The notes under the pieces: generated by a model
Seen by the model: only the letters and a program-made list of their open reading frames with translations
Databases searched by the model: none
Told to the model about the DNA's origin: nothing
NCBI RefSeq assembly: GCF_001194135.2
Contig: NC_068981.1
Span: 132,555,043-132,619,042, forward strand
Origin: Octopus bimaculoides
Lineage: Eukaryota
Direction: 5' to 3'
DNA length: 64,000 bases
In this document: positions 37,535 through 50,632 of the stretch, piece by piece
Layout of the letters: each line of letters opens with the position of its first letter
Position numbering within the stretch: the stretch's first letter is position 1
Made by a program: the position numbers and the translations under genes

Positions 37535-37664
37535 GATGCTCCCCCACTACTTCTGCTCATAATCAGAAATGCACATATCGTCAGCCACCAAGGGACATAG
37601 ATGTTCCCCCACTACTTCTGCTCATGATCAGAGATGCACATATCGTCAACCACCAAAGGACATA
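37535..37664. repeat. 65-bp tandem duplication
   Basis: gatgctcccccactacttctgctc...gggacata at 37535 and 37600. Confidence 0.88.
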
Positions 37665-37887
37665 TAACCCTTTCTACTATAAGCACAAGGGCTGAAATTT
37701 TGGTGGGGAGAGGTTAAGCCAATTACACCATCCCAGTACTCAACTGGTATTTAATTTATCAATCCTGAAAGGATGAAAGGCGAAGTTGACCTCAGTGGAA
37801 TTTAAACTCAGAACGTAAAGACAGAAGAAATGCTGTAAAGCATTTTGCCTGGCATGCTAATAATTCTGCCAGCTTGCTTCCTTCAGT

Positions 37888-38165
37888 ATAATAATAACAA
37901 TAATGATAATAATAATAATAATAATTATAATAATAATGATAATAATAATAGTAATGATGATGTTAATAATGATAATAATAATATTAATGATGTTAATAAT
38001 GATTAGAATAATATTAATGATGTTGATAATGATAATGATAATAATAATGATGTTAATAATGATAATAATAATAATAATGATGTTAATGATAATAATAATG
38101 TTAATAATGATAATAGTAATAATAATAACAATGAGAATAACAACAACAACAACAACAATAATAAT
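37888..38165. repeat. (AAT/GAT/AAC)n compound trinucleotide tract with higher-order atgatgttaataatgataata units
   Basis: Read directly from the sequence. Confidence 0.9.
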
Positions 38166-38297
38166 GATTTCAAATTTTGGTATAAAGTCAGCAATTTTTG
38201 AGGGGAAGTTGAATACATTGACCCCTGTACTTGACTGATACTTATTTTATTGACCCTGAAAGGCAAAGTTGACCTCAGTGGAATTTGAACTTAAAAC

Positions 38298-38328
<31 letters not shown>

Positions 38329-38330
<2 letters not shown>

Positions 38331-38847
38331 GACAAGACGTAGAGTGCGATGTGATAATAATAGATATTTTATTGGTTGAACAATATTTTGACAGCAAGCC
38401 TGTCTTTGTTGAGTTCAAAATAGAAAGTGATAAAAATTCAAATCTAAAGTATGAATGAGAGCAACCAGTGTCCACACATTGATGGAATGATATCATCGGT
38501 CTTTAAGTTTCAATTTTATAACAGGCGAAAAGAAAAAGACAGAAAAAAAGAGGAAAGGAAAAAGAATATTTAATCAAACAGTTTTGTGTAAATTTGATTA
38601 AATATGCTTTTTTTTCTTTCCTCTTTTTTTTTCTGTCTTTTTATTTTTGCCTGTTATAAAATTGAAACTTAAAGACTGATGATGTTATCCCATCAACGCA
38701 TGGATGCTGGTTGCTCATGTTCATACTTTAAATTTGAATTTCTATAATTTTGAATTTTTATCATTTTCTATTTTGAACTTGCTGTCTAAATATCATTCAA
38801 CCAATAAAATACCTTTTGCTATCGCATCACGCTCTTTGTCATGTCTG
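38329..38847. mobile_element. 519-bp fold-back element (~250-bp arms, 14-nt loop)
   Basis: 38329-38578 is the reverse complement of 38593-38847, with scattered transitions and small indels. No clear TSD. Confidence 0.8.
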
Positions 38848-41011
38848 TTTACCTTTGTGAAGAGTTACGCCATTCCTTTTAAAATATAAAATAATAATAA
38901 TAATGATTTCTGATTTTGGTGCAAGGCCAGTGATTTTTGAGGGGAGGGGTTTAGTCAATACCATCAACTCTAGTACTTGACTGGTATTTTATTCTATTGA
39001 CCCCGAAAAGATGAAAGATATAGAGTTGACCTGTGTGGGATTTGAACACAGCACATTTTTTACAATTTTGTCACTCCATCACCCTGCAGTGGTACTTTTT
39101 TTTTATCAATCCCAAAAGAATGAAAGGCAAAATTGACTGCAGTGAGATTTGAACTCATGGCACAGAGAGTCAGAACTAATATGATATAATGTGCTGTCCA
39201 ACACCCTTTGGTTCTGCTAATTCATTGCCTTAACAAGATTGTTAGTCCAGTGACCCACTATGCAGGCTGGCATGGAGTTCTCTAGGTGCTGAGCTGCAAG
39301 CCTACACACACATGCTCTAGTTAATACATCCTCTTGTTACCATTCTGTATTCCTTTAGGATGTTTACACTTTATAATTATCGTAAAATGACCATGTTAGA
39401 AATTTTGGTCTCTGTGTTGGCCACCAAATTCAAATCTAAATCCAGAGATTGTTGAGCAAGTCACCTTGCTTCCAGGCCACATGCATTTATAGAATAAACA
39501 TTTAGTATATAGCTTTGTCGGGTGGAGAGAAAGTGAGAGAGGTTATGTAGTTGGATTTTGAAAAGCAGGTAATCTGGTTTTCTTGACAAGAAGGCTTTCT
39601 CAAAATCATCATCATCATTGTTTTAAAATCCACTTTTCCATGTTTACATGGGTCAGACAGAATTTGTTGAGGCTAGTTTTCTACATCTGGATACCCTTCC
39701 TGTCATCAACCATCACCAGTTTCCATATAAGGTAGTATTTCCCCATTGCCAAACATAGATTTCATGGTAGACTGGAAACAAACAACTTATATGACAGTGA
39801 TGTTTATTTACAACTGCTCTATTTCAGAAAATTCTTGTATCAAATATGAAACCTTGTCTCAAGGTCACATGCATTTCTGATAATACTTTCAGCAAAAATC
39901 TATTTGAGTTGTTAGGGAGATTATTATATCAAAGCTTACCCTTTTATATGCATTTTTCTGCATGTTTTTGCCATGTATTCCATCAAACTACTGCTGTTTT
40001 TATTTATGACAGTGTAATTAACGAGGAGTTATTTGTGTGGGATGCTGTTGTCTTCCAAGTTTCTTTTGATCTTTCTGTGCAGTTGCTGTGTTAGTGTATT
40101 TCCCTGTTGTTGATTTAGTTGTTTATACAGTGGTAGCGGTAGTGGTAATTGTTGTTGTTGTTTTCACAGATTTTCTTGTTGGTTGTGTTTCTGTGGTTGT
40201 AGGTTTAGTCTTTGTTTATGTTGTAGTCAAGATGATACCAGAAAAAGTGTGTAGCTTATGTTACCTTTATGTATGTATTCAGTTCGGTAGTATGTTTGAA
40301 TCTTCCTTGCAAGTTATCATAACATTCTAGCGAAAATAATAAATAAATAAATAAAAATAAATAAAACAAAACAAAATAAAAGACTCCTCTTCCACATCCT
40401 TCAAAGCCTCACTATTGATACATCTCCTATAATTGAACATGTCTATGAATTTCAGAAACTTCAAAGAATACAACATTACTTTTAAAGAATACAAACAGTA
40501 TTATTATAGGAAACCATGATTGGAGAGTAAATCTATATTTAAAACTTTGGATATATTTAAAACTTTAGCTTCCTGCAACATTAGAATTCTGTCTTGTTTT
40601 ATGTTCTTTGAAAAATATATTTGTCCAAAACATGAGATGTGCACTGTCTTAGTACAGATGTACCTGAAAAGCAAATTTTCAGAAAATCTTGTTTACTGTT
40701 GGCAAATACTGTTTTTTTTTTGGGGGGGGGGGTAGTAAGGGTTAGACAGGGAGATAATGGAAGCAGGATCTTTACAGCCAGATAGATGCTTTTCCTGTCA
40801 CCAACCATTACTTGTTTTTCAAGTAAGGAAATTTTTATTTTAGAAGAATGAGAAAGTGCAGAGCTAGCGGACGGTTTGTTGATAGGAAATGTCAAAATCT
40901 GTCACTGGTTCCAGCACAGTAACAAATGGTGATACCTGCATCTGTAGCATAGCTCACTGTAAATTGTAAACATTCACTCATAAGCATTCACGCACACTCC
41001 ATTCAGTTTCT

Positions 41012-41251
41012 TATTTCTTTATTGCCCACAAGGGGCTACACACAGAGGGGACAAACAAGGACAGACAAACAGATTAAGTCGATTATATCGACCCCAGTGC
41101 ATAACTGGTACTTATTTAATCAACCCCGAAAGGATGAAAAGCAAAGTCGACCTCAGCGGAATTTGAACTCAGAACATAGCGGCAGATGAAATATCGCTAA
41201 GCATTTCACCCAGCGTGCTAACGTTTCTGCCAGCTCGCCGCCTTTCAGTTT
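41012..41251 (-). mobile_element. SINE-B, full length
   Basis: Perfect 17-bp TSD cactccattcagtttct at 40995-41011 and 41252-41268. Confidence 0.9.
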
Positions 41252-44200
41252 CACTCCATTCAGTTTCTGCCTACCAAAGGCTTAGATGTAAAGTGAATTC
41301 ATTTCACTTTACATGTTGTGGCTGTGCAGTTAGGAAGTTTGCTTCCCATCCACTTTGTTCAAGGTTCAGTTCCACTATGCAACACCTTGGACAAGTGTTT
41401 TCTATTATTGTCCCTGTCTGACCAAAGCCTTATATATGGACTTCATAGATAGAAGCCAAAAGAAGGCCATTATGTGTGCATGTCTCTCTTGCTCTCGCTC
41501 TCCCTCTCTCTCTATATATATATGTATATATGTGTGTGTGTGTGTTGGTGTTTCCCTGTCTTGACATAGTGTATTTGTTGTAAACAAGTGTCACTGTCAT
41601 GCAAAGTGTCCTTCATTTCCAAACATCTGTGAAAATATGTCCAGTCATGGGGAAATATCACCTTACTTGGAAACAAATAAGGTTTGGTGACAGGAAGAGT
41701 ATCTACCTGGCTGTATGAAATTTGCCTCAACAAATTCCATTCGGTCAGTGTGAACACAGAAAAGTAGATGTTAAATGATGATAACAATGATGATGATGGC
41801 AACAGAATATGCAAAGAAGAGCGAAAAACTGGGTGGTGCAATACTTAAACAGCTGGAAATTGACAGACTGTCTAATGAAAAAAGATGAATGAGAGAACTG
41901 TGGGCTTTGGTCAAAGAACATATGTTCTAGAGTGCAGCTTTTTTTTCTTTCTCTTGGCTAAAAGAGGGTTTGAATTCAATGCTGCAGTCAACTGAAACAC
42001 TCTCCATAGTGTTACCATTCTTTGCAATTGTGATTTGTATCTGTCTGCTGCTAATTGCTCACTTGCAAGTTGTTAGAAAATGCAGGGTGTGTAATGGAGT
42101 CAGACAAAGTAATCAAGATTAAGACGACGACACCACCACCACCACCACCGCCACCACCACCACCACCACCACTACCACTACCACCACCAGATAGTGATAA
42201 AGCCCAGTCAACCCTGCTTAAGCAGGAGACAGATGTTCAAACATAAATATTTAATAGGCGTTTCAAGCCTTGTCCAGCCTATGTCTTTCTGAAGAACATG
42301 CAGAGCAAAAGTAATGTTATCACTTGTTACAGTTCCTATTTTAAGGATGGTTTGGGAGTTTATCCAAAGAAGATTAATTAAGCTGCTACTCTAAACAGGT
42401 TGAGTGACTAAAATAGAATCTCCCATGCTGCTTTCTCTCTACACATATGTAACTATATAACTTATTTCATTGTTAGACAACTATGTTGTAGTGGGTGGCT
42501 TTTATCTTTTTTTTTTGTTTTTGTTAATGGCTCAGTCAAAGGAGGAAGGACAGTTCACATGGTTCCTTTCAGAGCCTTAATCACTGGCGGGTAAAAGTTA
42601 TCCTTACATTAGAGACGTGACATGATTGCTTGCAAGAAAATGGACTCTGCTAAAGGCTGCCAAGGACCAGGTAGTGGTGGTAGTGTTGAATCAGGTAAAC
42701 AGATCTGACTACTCAGAATTTAAGTGCTTTGTTTCAGGACACACCAGCATCACAGTAACACTGATGGTAACTGGATACGAACTGAGAAATCTCCAGTTCA
42801 AAAAGTTGAATGCATTTCAACACTCAGCTAATTTTGGTGAATGTCCTTCCGTTTTTCCATAATTGAAATAGTTGTACAAGAACTGTCACTATTTCAACTA
42901 CTCCAGTTTCTGCAGTAATGATGGGAAGAACTAATAGCAGCAACAGAATGCAGCTATTCATAGCTGTTTATTTTATGTGCTTGATGGTGGTGGCTGTCTG
43001 GCTGGATGAAAGCAACAAGAAGGATTGTAATGGTGGTGTTAGCGATGGTGGTTGTAGTAATAACTCGCTGTAGTGACTGTGGTGCTTATAATGGTGGTAG
43101 CAGTCCTAGTGGTTGTATTATGAACATATTAGTGATAACGGTAGTGAAGTGGAGGAAAACATGGGGACGGTAGTAGAGGGCAGGGATAAGTGGGGTGGTT
43201 TTGGTGTTTCGTGCCAATTGATGATATTAATGTTGGTGATGGTGATGGAGTGTCAAATTAATTAACCGAAAAATAATCTCGTCCAGTCTTTTTGTAATCT
43301 CGTGGGAACTGAAAACTATTGTGATATTTTCTTTGAAAGTTTCGAGGAATCTACTTCCCGCCATTATAGAGACATTATTGGGACATCCTGTACCTGTTTT
43401 TGTTTCCTCTTTTTTTTTTTTTAGTTTTTATACATATTTTTTTCTGCTCAGAAATCATGTGAAACCTAACTGCAATTGGCAGTCAGTAAACACCCATCCG
43501 TGCTGATTCACTTGGATGAGCATATTCACAGGAGTTTTAGGAAGGAATGCACACCATTCTCATAGAGAATTTATTGCCCTGAATAGACTCTGTGTGAACA
43601 AGAATAATTCATCAGTAGATGACCACCCCCTATTGAATTTTTTTCCTGTAGTCTTGCGCATACTCCTGACTGTTTAATATGTTCATGCCCAACCCTGCAA
43701 ATTCATTTCTGATTAATTTGTCTTTGGAGGAAATGCAGTATCTTTGATTTTTGCAGGCTTTTCCAGAATGGTAGAATCGATTCTTGTGTGGGTTAACATC
43801 TATATAGAAAATAAGGGACGAGGAAATTCTTGCAGATTGTAAGGCCTGTGAAGGACCAAGTGATGAAACATGTAGTTATTTTGGGAGAAAGATGGGTACA
43901 TTGCTTCCTAGTTCAAGGGAGCAAAAGTCTTCATAGTAAGTACAGGGGCCATGTAGGAGAGATGCCAATAAGGTACATTGCCTAAGCTGGAGGCTGTAAC
44001 ACGGTAGTTAGAATGTAGAGATTTTGTTTTTCATTCTTTTAAGATCAATAAAAATAGGTATAAATCATGTATGAGGGTTGATTTCATCGATATTCCTTAC
44101 AAATATGTTCTTGCTTCAATGTGATACATCAGTATTTAGTGAGAGTTGTCAGATGGTTTAGTAACTGAAGGAAGTAAAAAAAATTGTGAAACAAGGCAGT

Positions 44201-44452
44201 TCCAGTGGGAGCTGTTTTCAGAGAAGAAGCAGAAGTGTTTAATACAGGTTCAGGTAGTGTATGATAACATATTGAAATATTGTGAAGGAGAAATGGAGAT
44301 CTAAGTAGGAGGAGTTTGGAAATTCAGAGAAATACGAGCTGTTGTAAGTGCTATTAAAAGAAGACAAAGCTCAATGACTTTCATACAGTAATAGTGTTTG
44401 TGAATGGAGTATTGCCAATAAGACAGAAAGGGCTTATTTTGGATACTGCATA

Positions 44453-44486
<34 letters not shown>

Positions 44487-44947
44487 GTGCACTGTTATAA
44501 ATGTATAACCTTTCACCACACAGAAAAAAATGGGGCGAAGAACTTTTCTTTTTTTTTTGGCAATGTACTCATAGATTATATCAGGAAATCACTGTGGGCA
44601 ATGTTTTGTGAAATATTTGCTTGAAATAATTCCACTTGTTTCTTCAGGAGCTTAAAATGTGATTGATGTCAAATTGATTCATCAAACAGAAAAAACATTT
44701 TAGTTTATTACTATTACTGCTTACAGTTTTTAGTTACAACTCTTTATGTTCTGTGTTCACATCTCACAGGGGCTTGACTTTGTCAATCATCTTCTCCAGT
44801 TCAATAAAATGGTTGCCATTCAGGGCCTGAAATCAATTTGATTGATTGTGCTCTCCCTCCAAACGTGTGGTTTTGTATCAAAGAAATTGTAACAGAAACT
44901 AGGGACTTACGTTAGTTTATTGAGGCAGTCAATACTACTCACTTGCA

Positions 44948-45351
44948 AAGGCAGCGAGCTGGCAGAAACGTTAGCTCGCCGGGTGAAATGCTTAGCGGTA
45001 TTTCGTCTGCCGTTACGTTCTGAGTTCAAATTCCGCCAAGGTCGACTTTGCCTTTCATCCTTTCAGGGTCGATAAATTAAGTACCAGTTACGCACTGGGG
45101 TCGATGTAATCGACTTAATCCGTTCGTCTGTTCTTGTTTGTTCCCTCTATGTTTAGCCCCTTGTGGGCAATAACGAAATAGGTATTTCGTCTGTCTTTAC
45201 ATTCTGAGTTCAAATTCCGCCGAGGTCGACTTTGTCTTTCATCCTTTTGGGGTCGATAAATTAAGTACCTGTTGCATACTGGAGTCGATCTAATCGATTT
45301 CCCCACTCCCCCAAAATTTCGGGCCTTGTGCCTAGAGTAGAAAAGAATATT
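44948..45351 (+). mobile_element. Two adjacent SINE-B copies with different 3' tails
   Basis: 44948-45180 ends tagccccttgtgggcaataacgaaata. 45181-45351 is 5'-truncated and ends aaatttcgggccttgtgcctagagtagaaaagaat. Other SINE-B copies at ~2830, 16455, 21015, 21485, 22165, 35590, 37330, 37665, 38170, 38905, 39100, 49360, 52653 and 63222. Confidence 0.88.
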
Positions 45352-45683
45352 ACTCACAAGGTTGTATTCAGTGACAGATGTATCTTTTAACAATGGGAAA
45401 TCAGAATGTTTAGTGATCTGGTTACATTGAAAATGTAAAACATGTAAGCAGATGCATGTGCTGGAATAAAAGTGAAATTGTCTCACACAGTGCACATTAG
45501 CTTTAGTGGGTGGCATTTTATAATTATAATCACATTTGCCTGTACAGGAGGGCTTAATCCTGTTATGTAATATTTTCATAGTTACTAATTGTTACTGTCT
45601 TAAATATGTTAAATAATTTCAAATGATTCTCTTTTTTCACAGAATATATGTATGAAACGATGCCTGAGATATTGGCTTTTTAA

Positions 45684-45932
45684 CACATAAAGCGCGACGG
45701 GCCACGATTGTGGTCGTTAGGCACAGGTTGACAGGCCACGATTATGGCCCAGATAGATGCATTTAATTTATGGCCATTTGTTGGAGTCTAATGTCGCTCA
45801 AACACTCTGATACCCCACTGAATGCAAGAGGACTAATAGTTCAACTAATGACTTTGTGCATGATAGTTTCATTTTCATAAAATGTGCTCAGCAGTCCATG
45901 CTATGTAAGTGCAAATCATAGCGCTTTATGGG
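45684..45932. mobile_element. piggyBac-type MITE (third family)
   Basis: TTAA|cacataaagcgc ... gcgctttatggg|tcaa (11/12 TIR match). Two internal ggccacgatt(g/a)tgg(t/c)c palindromes. Confidence 0.55.
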
Positions 45933-45995
45933 TCAAATAACGTTTTATTTCCATTAATTTTCCAAGTAGATCACAGCAGCTCCAGGATAAAATAA

Positions 45996-46166
45996 GGCAA
46001 GACTTCCTTTTGTTCCCCCACCAAAAACCCCCTTTTTAAATTTTTTATTTTTTTCTACACAAACCCCCGTTTTTGGCGACAGAGAATACGAATCTGCAAA
46101 AAAATTTGCAAAAATCGGCATTTTGAAATTACCTCCTTCTAATTTTTAAACTTTTTTCAGAATTTT
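45996..46166. mobile_element. Left end of an unclassified element (second copy at 57513)
   Basis: aagacttccttttgt.cccc...cacaaacccc...tacgaatctg...ggcattttgaaattac is shared with 57513-57660. Runs into a gap. Confidence 0.7.
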
Positions 46167-46973
46167 NNNNNNNNNNNNNNNNNNNNNNNNNNNNNNNNNN
46201 NNNNNNNNNNNNNNNNNNNNNNNNNNNNNNNNNNNNNNNNNNNNNNNNNNNNNNNNNNNNNNNNNNNNNNNNNNNNNNNNNNNNNNNNNNNNNNNNNNNN
46301 NNNNNNNNNNNNNNNNNNNNNNNNNNNNNNNNNNNNNNNNNNNNNNNNNNNNNNNNNNNNNNNNNNNNNNNNNNNNNNNNNNNNNNNNNNNNNNNNNNNN
46401 NNNNNNNNNNNNNNNNNNNNNNNNNNNNNNNNNNNNNNNNNNNNNNNNNNNNNNNNNNNNNNNNNNNNNNNNNNNNNNNNNNNNNNNNNNNNNNNNNNNN
46501 NNNNNNNNNNNNNNNNNNNNNNNNNNNNNNNNNNNNNNNNNNNNNNNNNNNNNNNNNNNNNNNNNNNNNNNNNNNNNNNNNNNNNNNNNNNNNNNNNNNN
46601 NNNNNNNNNNNNNNNNNNNNNNNNNNNNNNNNNNNNNNNNNNNNNNNNNNNNNNNNNNNNNNNNNNNNNNNNNNNNNNNNNNNNNNNNNNNNNNNNNNNN
46701 NNNNNNNNNNNNNNNNNNNNNNNNNNNNNNNNNNNNNNNNNNNNNNNNNNNNNNNNNNNNNNNNNNNNNNNNNNNNNNNNNNNNNNNNNNNNNNNNNNNN
46801 NNNNNNNNNNNNNNNNNNNNNNNNNNNNNNNNNNNNNNNNNNNNNNNNNNNNNNNNNNNNNNNNNNNNNNNNNNNNNNNNNNNNNNNNNNNNNNNNNNNN
46901 NNNNNNNNNNNNNNNNNNNNNNNNNNNNNNNNNNNNNNNNNNNNNNNNNNNNNNNNNNNNNNNNNNNNNNNNN
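46167..46973. other. Assembly gap
   Basis: N run. Confidence 1.
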
Positions 46974-47013
46974 ATATATACATAAATGTCTGTCTTCTAC
47001 GTAATATACAAGA

Positions 47014-47150
47014 ACGATCTTCACTACAGTGTTAGGGTTACAGTTTTAGTGTCAGGGTTAGTGTTTAGGGTTAGGGTTACGGTTAGGGATGGAATTCCCT
47101 AACGCAAACCGTAAAACCCAAAACCTAACCCTAACTCTAAACCCTTCAAA
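47014..47150. repeat. Telomere-type fold-back core related to 48099-48291 (TIRs incomplete)
   Basis: acgatcttcacta, then GGGTTA-like units, GGAATTCC at 47091-47098, then TAACCC-like units. Confidence 0.75.
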
Positions 47151-47209
47151 ATAAATCGCGCTCTCTGTATGTCTTTCGCTGTTAGACATCGTTTCCCTGT
47201 TTCTCTGCA

Positions 47210-47363
47210 ACACTTTTTACGGAAAAGGCCGATCTTTGGTAAAGCTCACCGAAGACACTTTTTACGGAAAAGGCCGATCTTTGGTAAAGATCGCCGAAAA
47301 CACTTTTTGCGGAAAAGGCTGATCTTTAGTAAAGATCGCCGAAGACACTTTTTACGGAAAAGG
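47210..47363. repeat. 45-bp tandem repeat, ~3.4 units, each with an internal hairpin
   Basis: Unit acactttttacggaaaaggccgatctttggtaaagatcgccgaag starts at 47210, 47255, 47300 and 47345. Consensus stem cgatcttt/aaagatcg (perfect in unit 2). Confidence 0.92.
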
Positions 47364-48098
47364 TCAATATTTAGGTAATCGTACCGAAAGATCGCCAGAG
47401 TATGTAAGAGTCAAAGCTCATTGGCCGCGACGGCAGCCTGGCTTAATTAAATTGAGCAGCATGAACTTTTCTGTTGTCTTAGCTTACGTCTTTTCTCCAA
47501 CTTCTGCTCCCCACCCCGAAAATTTTGTTGTTATGAATGCGCTTGGCGTTGATTACACCCGTTATCCTTGTTGCATTTACAGTGATAAGCTACTTAGGTA
47601 TCCCTGCAGATTTACAGCCACACGAATCCTCTAGAAACAAGGTATTATCGAGCTGAGATATTTAATTGGTTAGGGCACCGGACAGAGTTGGTACTTACAC
47701 TGAATTCGGCAGAGGTTCCATTCTCAGTGAAACTGCGTCACTTCACGTAGTGTCGAAATTATATTATCACACTATTAAATCCACATATGGGTGCTTTTTT
47801 TTAAATATATACTAAAAGGCATCTTCTACCCCAAGAAAGGGAAAAAATGATCGGATCTTTTTTTAATATTTCTTAAGTAAATTAAAAATTGTTAAATGTA
47901 AATCTATTTAAAATATCAATATCTTCCACTTGTTCCAGATGTTTATTCATTGTGTAATTTGGGTGTTTACGTTTTGTCGGCAATGTGGCGCTTTCTTCGT
48001 TATTAACCTGTACTGTTTTACATATGGAAACAAATTAATGAAAGAAAACATAAGAACTTCAGGTCATTGTTATGTGTGTGTATATAATAACTTGATAG

Positions 48099-48291
48099 GG
48101 TAATTTTTCAGATTAACACCCGCACGATCTTCACTAGGTTGTGTTATGGTTAGGGTTTTAGAGCTAAGGTTAGTGTTTAGGGTTAGGGTTACGGTCGGAA
48201 TTCCCTAACCCTAACCCTAAAACCCTAACCCTGACCCTAAAACTCTAACCCCCTAGTGAAGATCGTGCGGGTGTTAATCTGAAAAATTACC
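48099..48291. mobile_element. 193-bp Merlin-like MITE with telomere-type hairpin core
   Basis: Perfect 40-bp TIR ggtaatttttcagattaacacccgcacgatcttcactagg (48099-48138 / 48252-48291). 8-bp TSD cttgatag / cttgctag (7/8). GGAATTCC at 48197-48204. Confidence 0.85.
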
Positions 48292-50081
48292 CTTGCTAGA
48301 TTTAGAGACTGCTGCAACGTCAGTAACTGGATCTGCAAATCTCAGACAGGTCTGAATTCCTACAGAGGACGACACAGTAAGACGTAAAACCAAGAACACT
48401 GTGCAGCTGTATTCTTCTTAATCCTTATTTGTCGAAGCGACGAGAGAGTCCAACAACATGAACAACAACAACATGCATGCATGTATCAGTTAATCAACTG
48501 ATCAACCAATCAATTGGTCATAAAATGCGGACGAGTTTGCCTCTCCAGAGCTGACTTTACAAATCATCCATGTAAACACGATAAAAAGCCTTAGGATGAA
48601 TTCATCCAGTTTCCAGCAGTTAATCCTTTATGAAAATTATGTGGTAGAGAATTGCCCAGCCGATCTGGAGTAACAAACCTTAAAAGTACTCAAGGTACTG
48701 TACAGATTGAGCACCTGATCTCAACACATAAATATGAGCGTCGCACCTGCAGCAAAAAGTCTAAGTTGCCTGCTGGCTTTAAAAGCCATTGTAAGTCCCA
48801 GGTTCATTAAGAAAGAAAGAAGAGAATAATAAATCCAGAAACATAATAACTTGTTAGTGAAGGTCATGCTCGCCTAACATGTTTACAGCAATCATCATAA
48901 AAATACATTAAAAAAATCTGTTGTTTTTTTTTTACTCAAGAAAAAGTGAAACAAAAGGAATAAATGAGAAAGAGAGAGAGAGAGAGAAAAAAGAGAGAGA
49001 GAGAGAAAGAGAGGGAGAGAGAGAGAGATTCAGTTTGTTTCATGTTTATTTCATTCATTTCGTTACATTTTCAAATGCAGATTTATCTCTCCCAGTTTGT
49101 AAACATTAAATATTTACATTGTAATCATAAGAACAATGCTGGGTGGTAACGAAAAAGTACTTTAAACACTTGTATTCAAGACATTTTTGTTTTATCTTGC
49201 AGTCACTGAAGTGTAACAGATATTGCAGCTCCAATGTAGCATATGCTGCGACAAATACCATATAATTTATGATAGGTAGCACTGCCATATCAGATCTCTG
49301 CAATAAGATCCGAACATAGATATTGGGAGTGAAATGTTTGGCAGAAGAAGAGTTAGTCGATGTTAATCGATTACACCGACTCCAGTTATTTAGCTAGTAC
49401 TTTATTTTATTGATCCCAGGAAGACGAGAGGCACGGTTCATCTCGGTAGAGTTTGAATTCTGAACAAATACTGTGAAGAATGATTCTATCAATCTATTGT
49501 CTTTACACACACACACACCTACAAGAGGTGTGTTTGTTAGATAAATTATCAATTAAAATGTGTACATTCTTTCAGTGTATGAGGACAAAACACGAACTGA
49601 AGGTGGAAATATTGACATTATTCGGCAATGAAAGGCAGGCATGTTATATAGGATTCTAAACAATCTCTTTATTTATTTATCCCGTCGTTGCTTGGTAATG
49701 TTCACACTAGAATGTCTTGGCGAACTTTCAAAATAGCACACCCACCTAAGTTGCATTGTCTTCGTTTTGACGGGATTCTCCCCCCCCCCTACCCAAATGA
49801 TGCTTCCATGAAAATGATGCTTCCCATTAAAAAAATTTTCTTACTTCCCTTCCAGACCAATTGTGTCCAATTTTTTTTTTGCTCTATGAACTTAAAAACA
49901 ATACGTGACGCCTTTCCGGAAAGTTTTGTCATTTTTAACCAAATCAAAAGATAAGATTTGTACGTGATAGCTGTGATAAAATGAAAGTAAACATTAGAAG
50001 ACGAAGTTTTAAAACAAAAGAAATGCGTGAAAGATAATACATATACACACAGAGAGAAATAATAAAGGTAGATTGATGGTG

Positions 50082-50338
50082 NNNNNNNNNNNNNNNNNNN
50101 NNNNNNNNNNNNNNNNNNNNNNNNNNNNNNNNNNNNNNNNNNNNNNNNNNNNNNNNNNNNNNNNNNNNNNNNNNNNNNNNNNNNNNNNNNNNNNNNNNNN
50201 NNNNNNNNNNNNNNNNNNNNNNNNNNNNNNNNNNNNNNNNNNNNNNNNNNNNNNNNNNNNNNNNNNNNNNNNNNNNNNNNNNNNNNNNNNNNNNNNNNNN
50301 NNNNNNNNNNNNNNNNNNNNNNNNNNNNNNNNNNNNNN
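50082..50338. other. Assembly gap
   Basis: N run. Confidence 1.
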
Positions 50339-50632
50339 TTAACTACATACACTCGCATTTATAGCGAAGATTTTGAAAATTTCTTCGGATTCCTGTTTTC
50401 CACAACGAAGATTACGATTTTACCAAAAATATAAATAAATAAAATCAGCTTTTCAGATTTAAAATTTTCGCTTTAGACATCATCCCGCCTCTAATTTTTT
50501 AAAATACTTTTTTAAAGTTTTGCAATTCCAGCTATTTAATATCACAAATTAAAAATGGAGAAATTCAAATTTTCCACTAAGTTTCTTATGATAAACCTTA
50601 TGATAAAATGTGCTAAATAGGAAAGTATATTC

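Noticed and set aside
37903-38266. Ile/Met-rich and Leu-rich ORFs, and the 8-aa-repeat ORFs at 32958-33315
   Set aside because: They are translations of microsatellite and minisatellite DNA.
39846-40330. Possible Penelope/GIY-YIG remnant on the minus strand (HTTELNTYI, NLEDNSIPH)
   Set aside because: The motif resemblance is too weak and fragmented. TBLASTN against PLE proteins is needed.
42620-42860. Possible coding exons (MDSAKGCQGPGSGGSVES then cag|gtaaac; tttcag acceptor 43 nt later)
   Set aside because: No recognisable protein, an implausibly short intron and nearby stops. It needs RNA-seq.
47210-47363. Palindromic direct repeats resembling a CRISPR array
   Set aside because: The units are contiguous with no unique spacers, there are no cas genes, and the context is eukaryotic.
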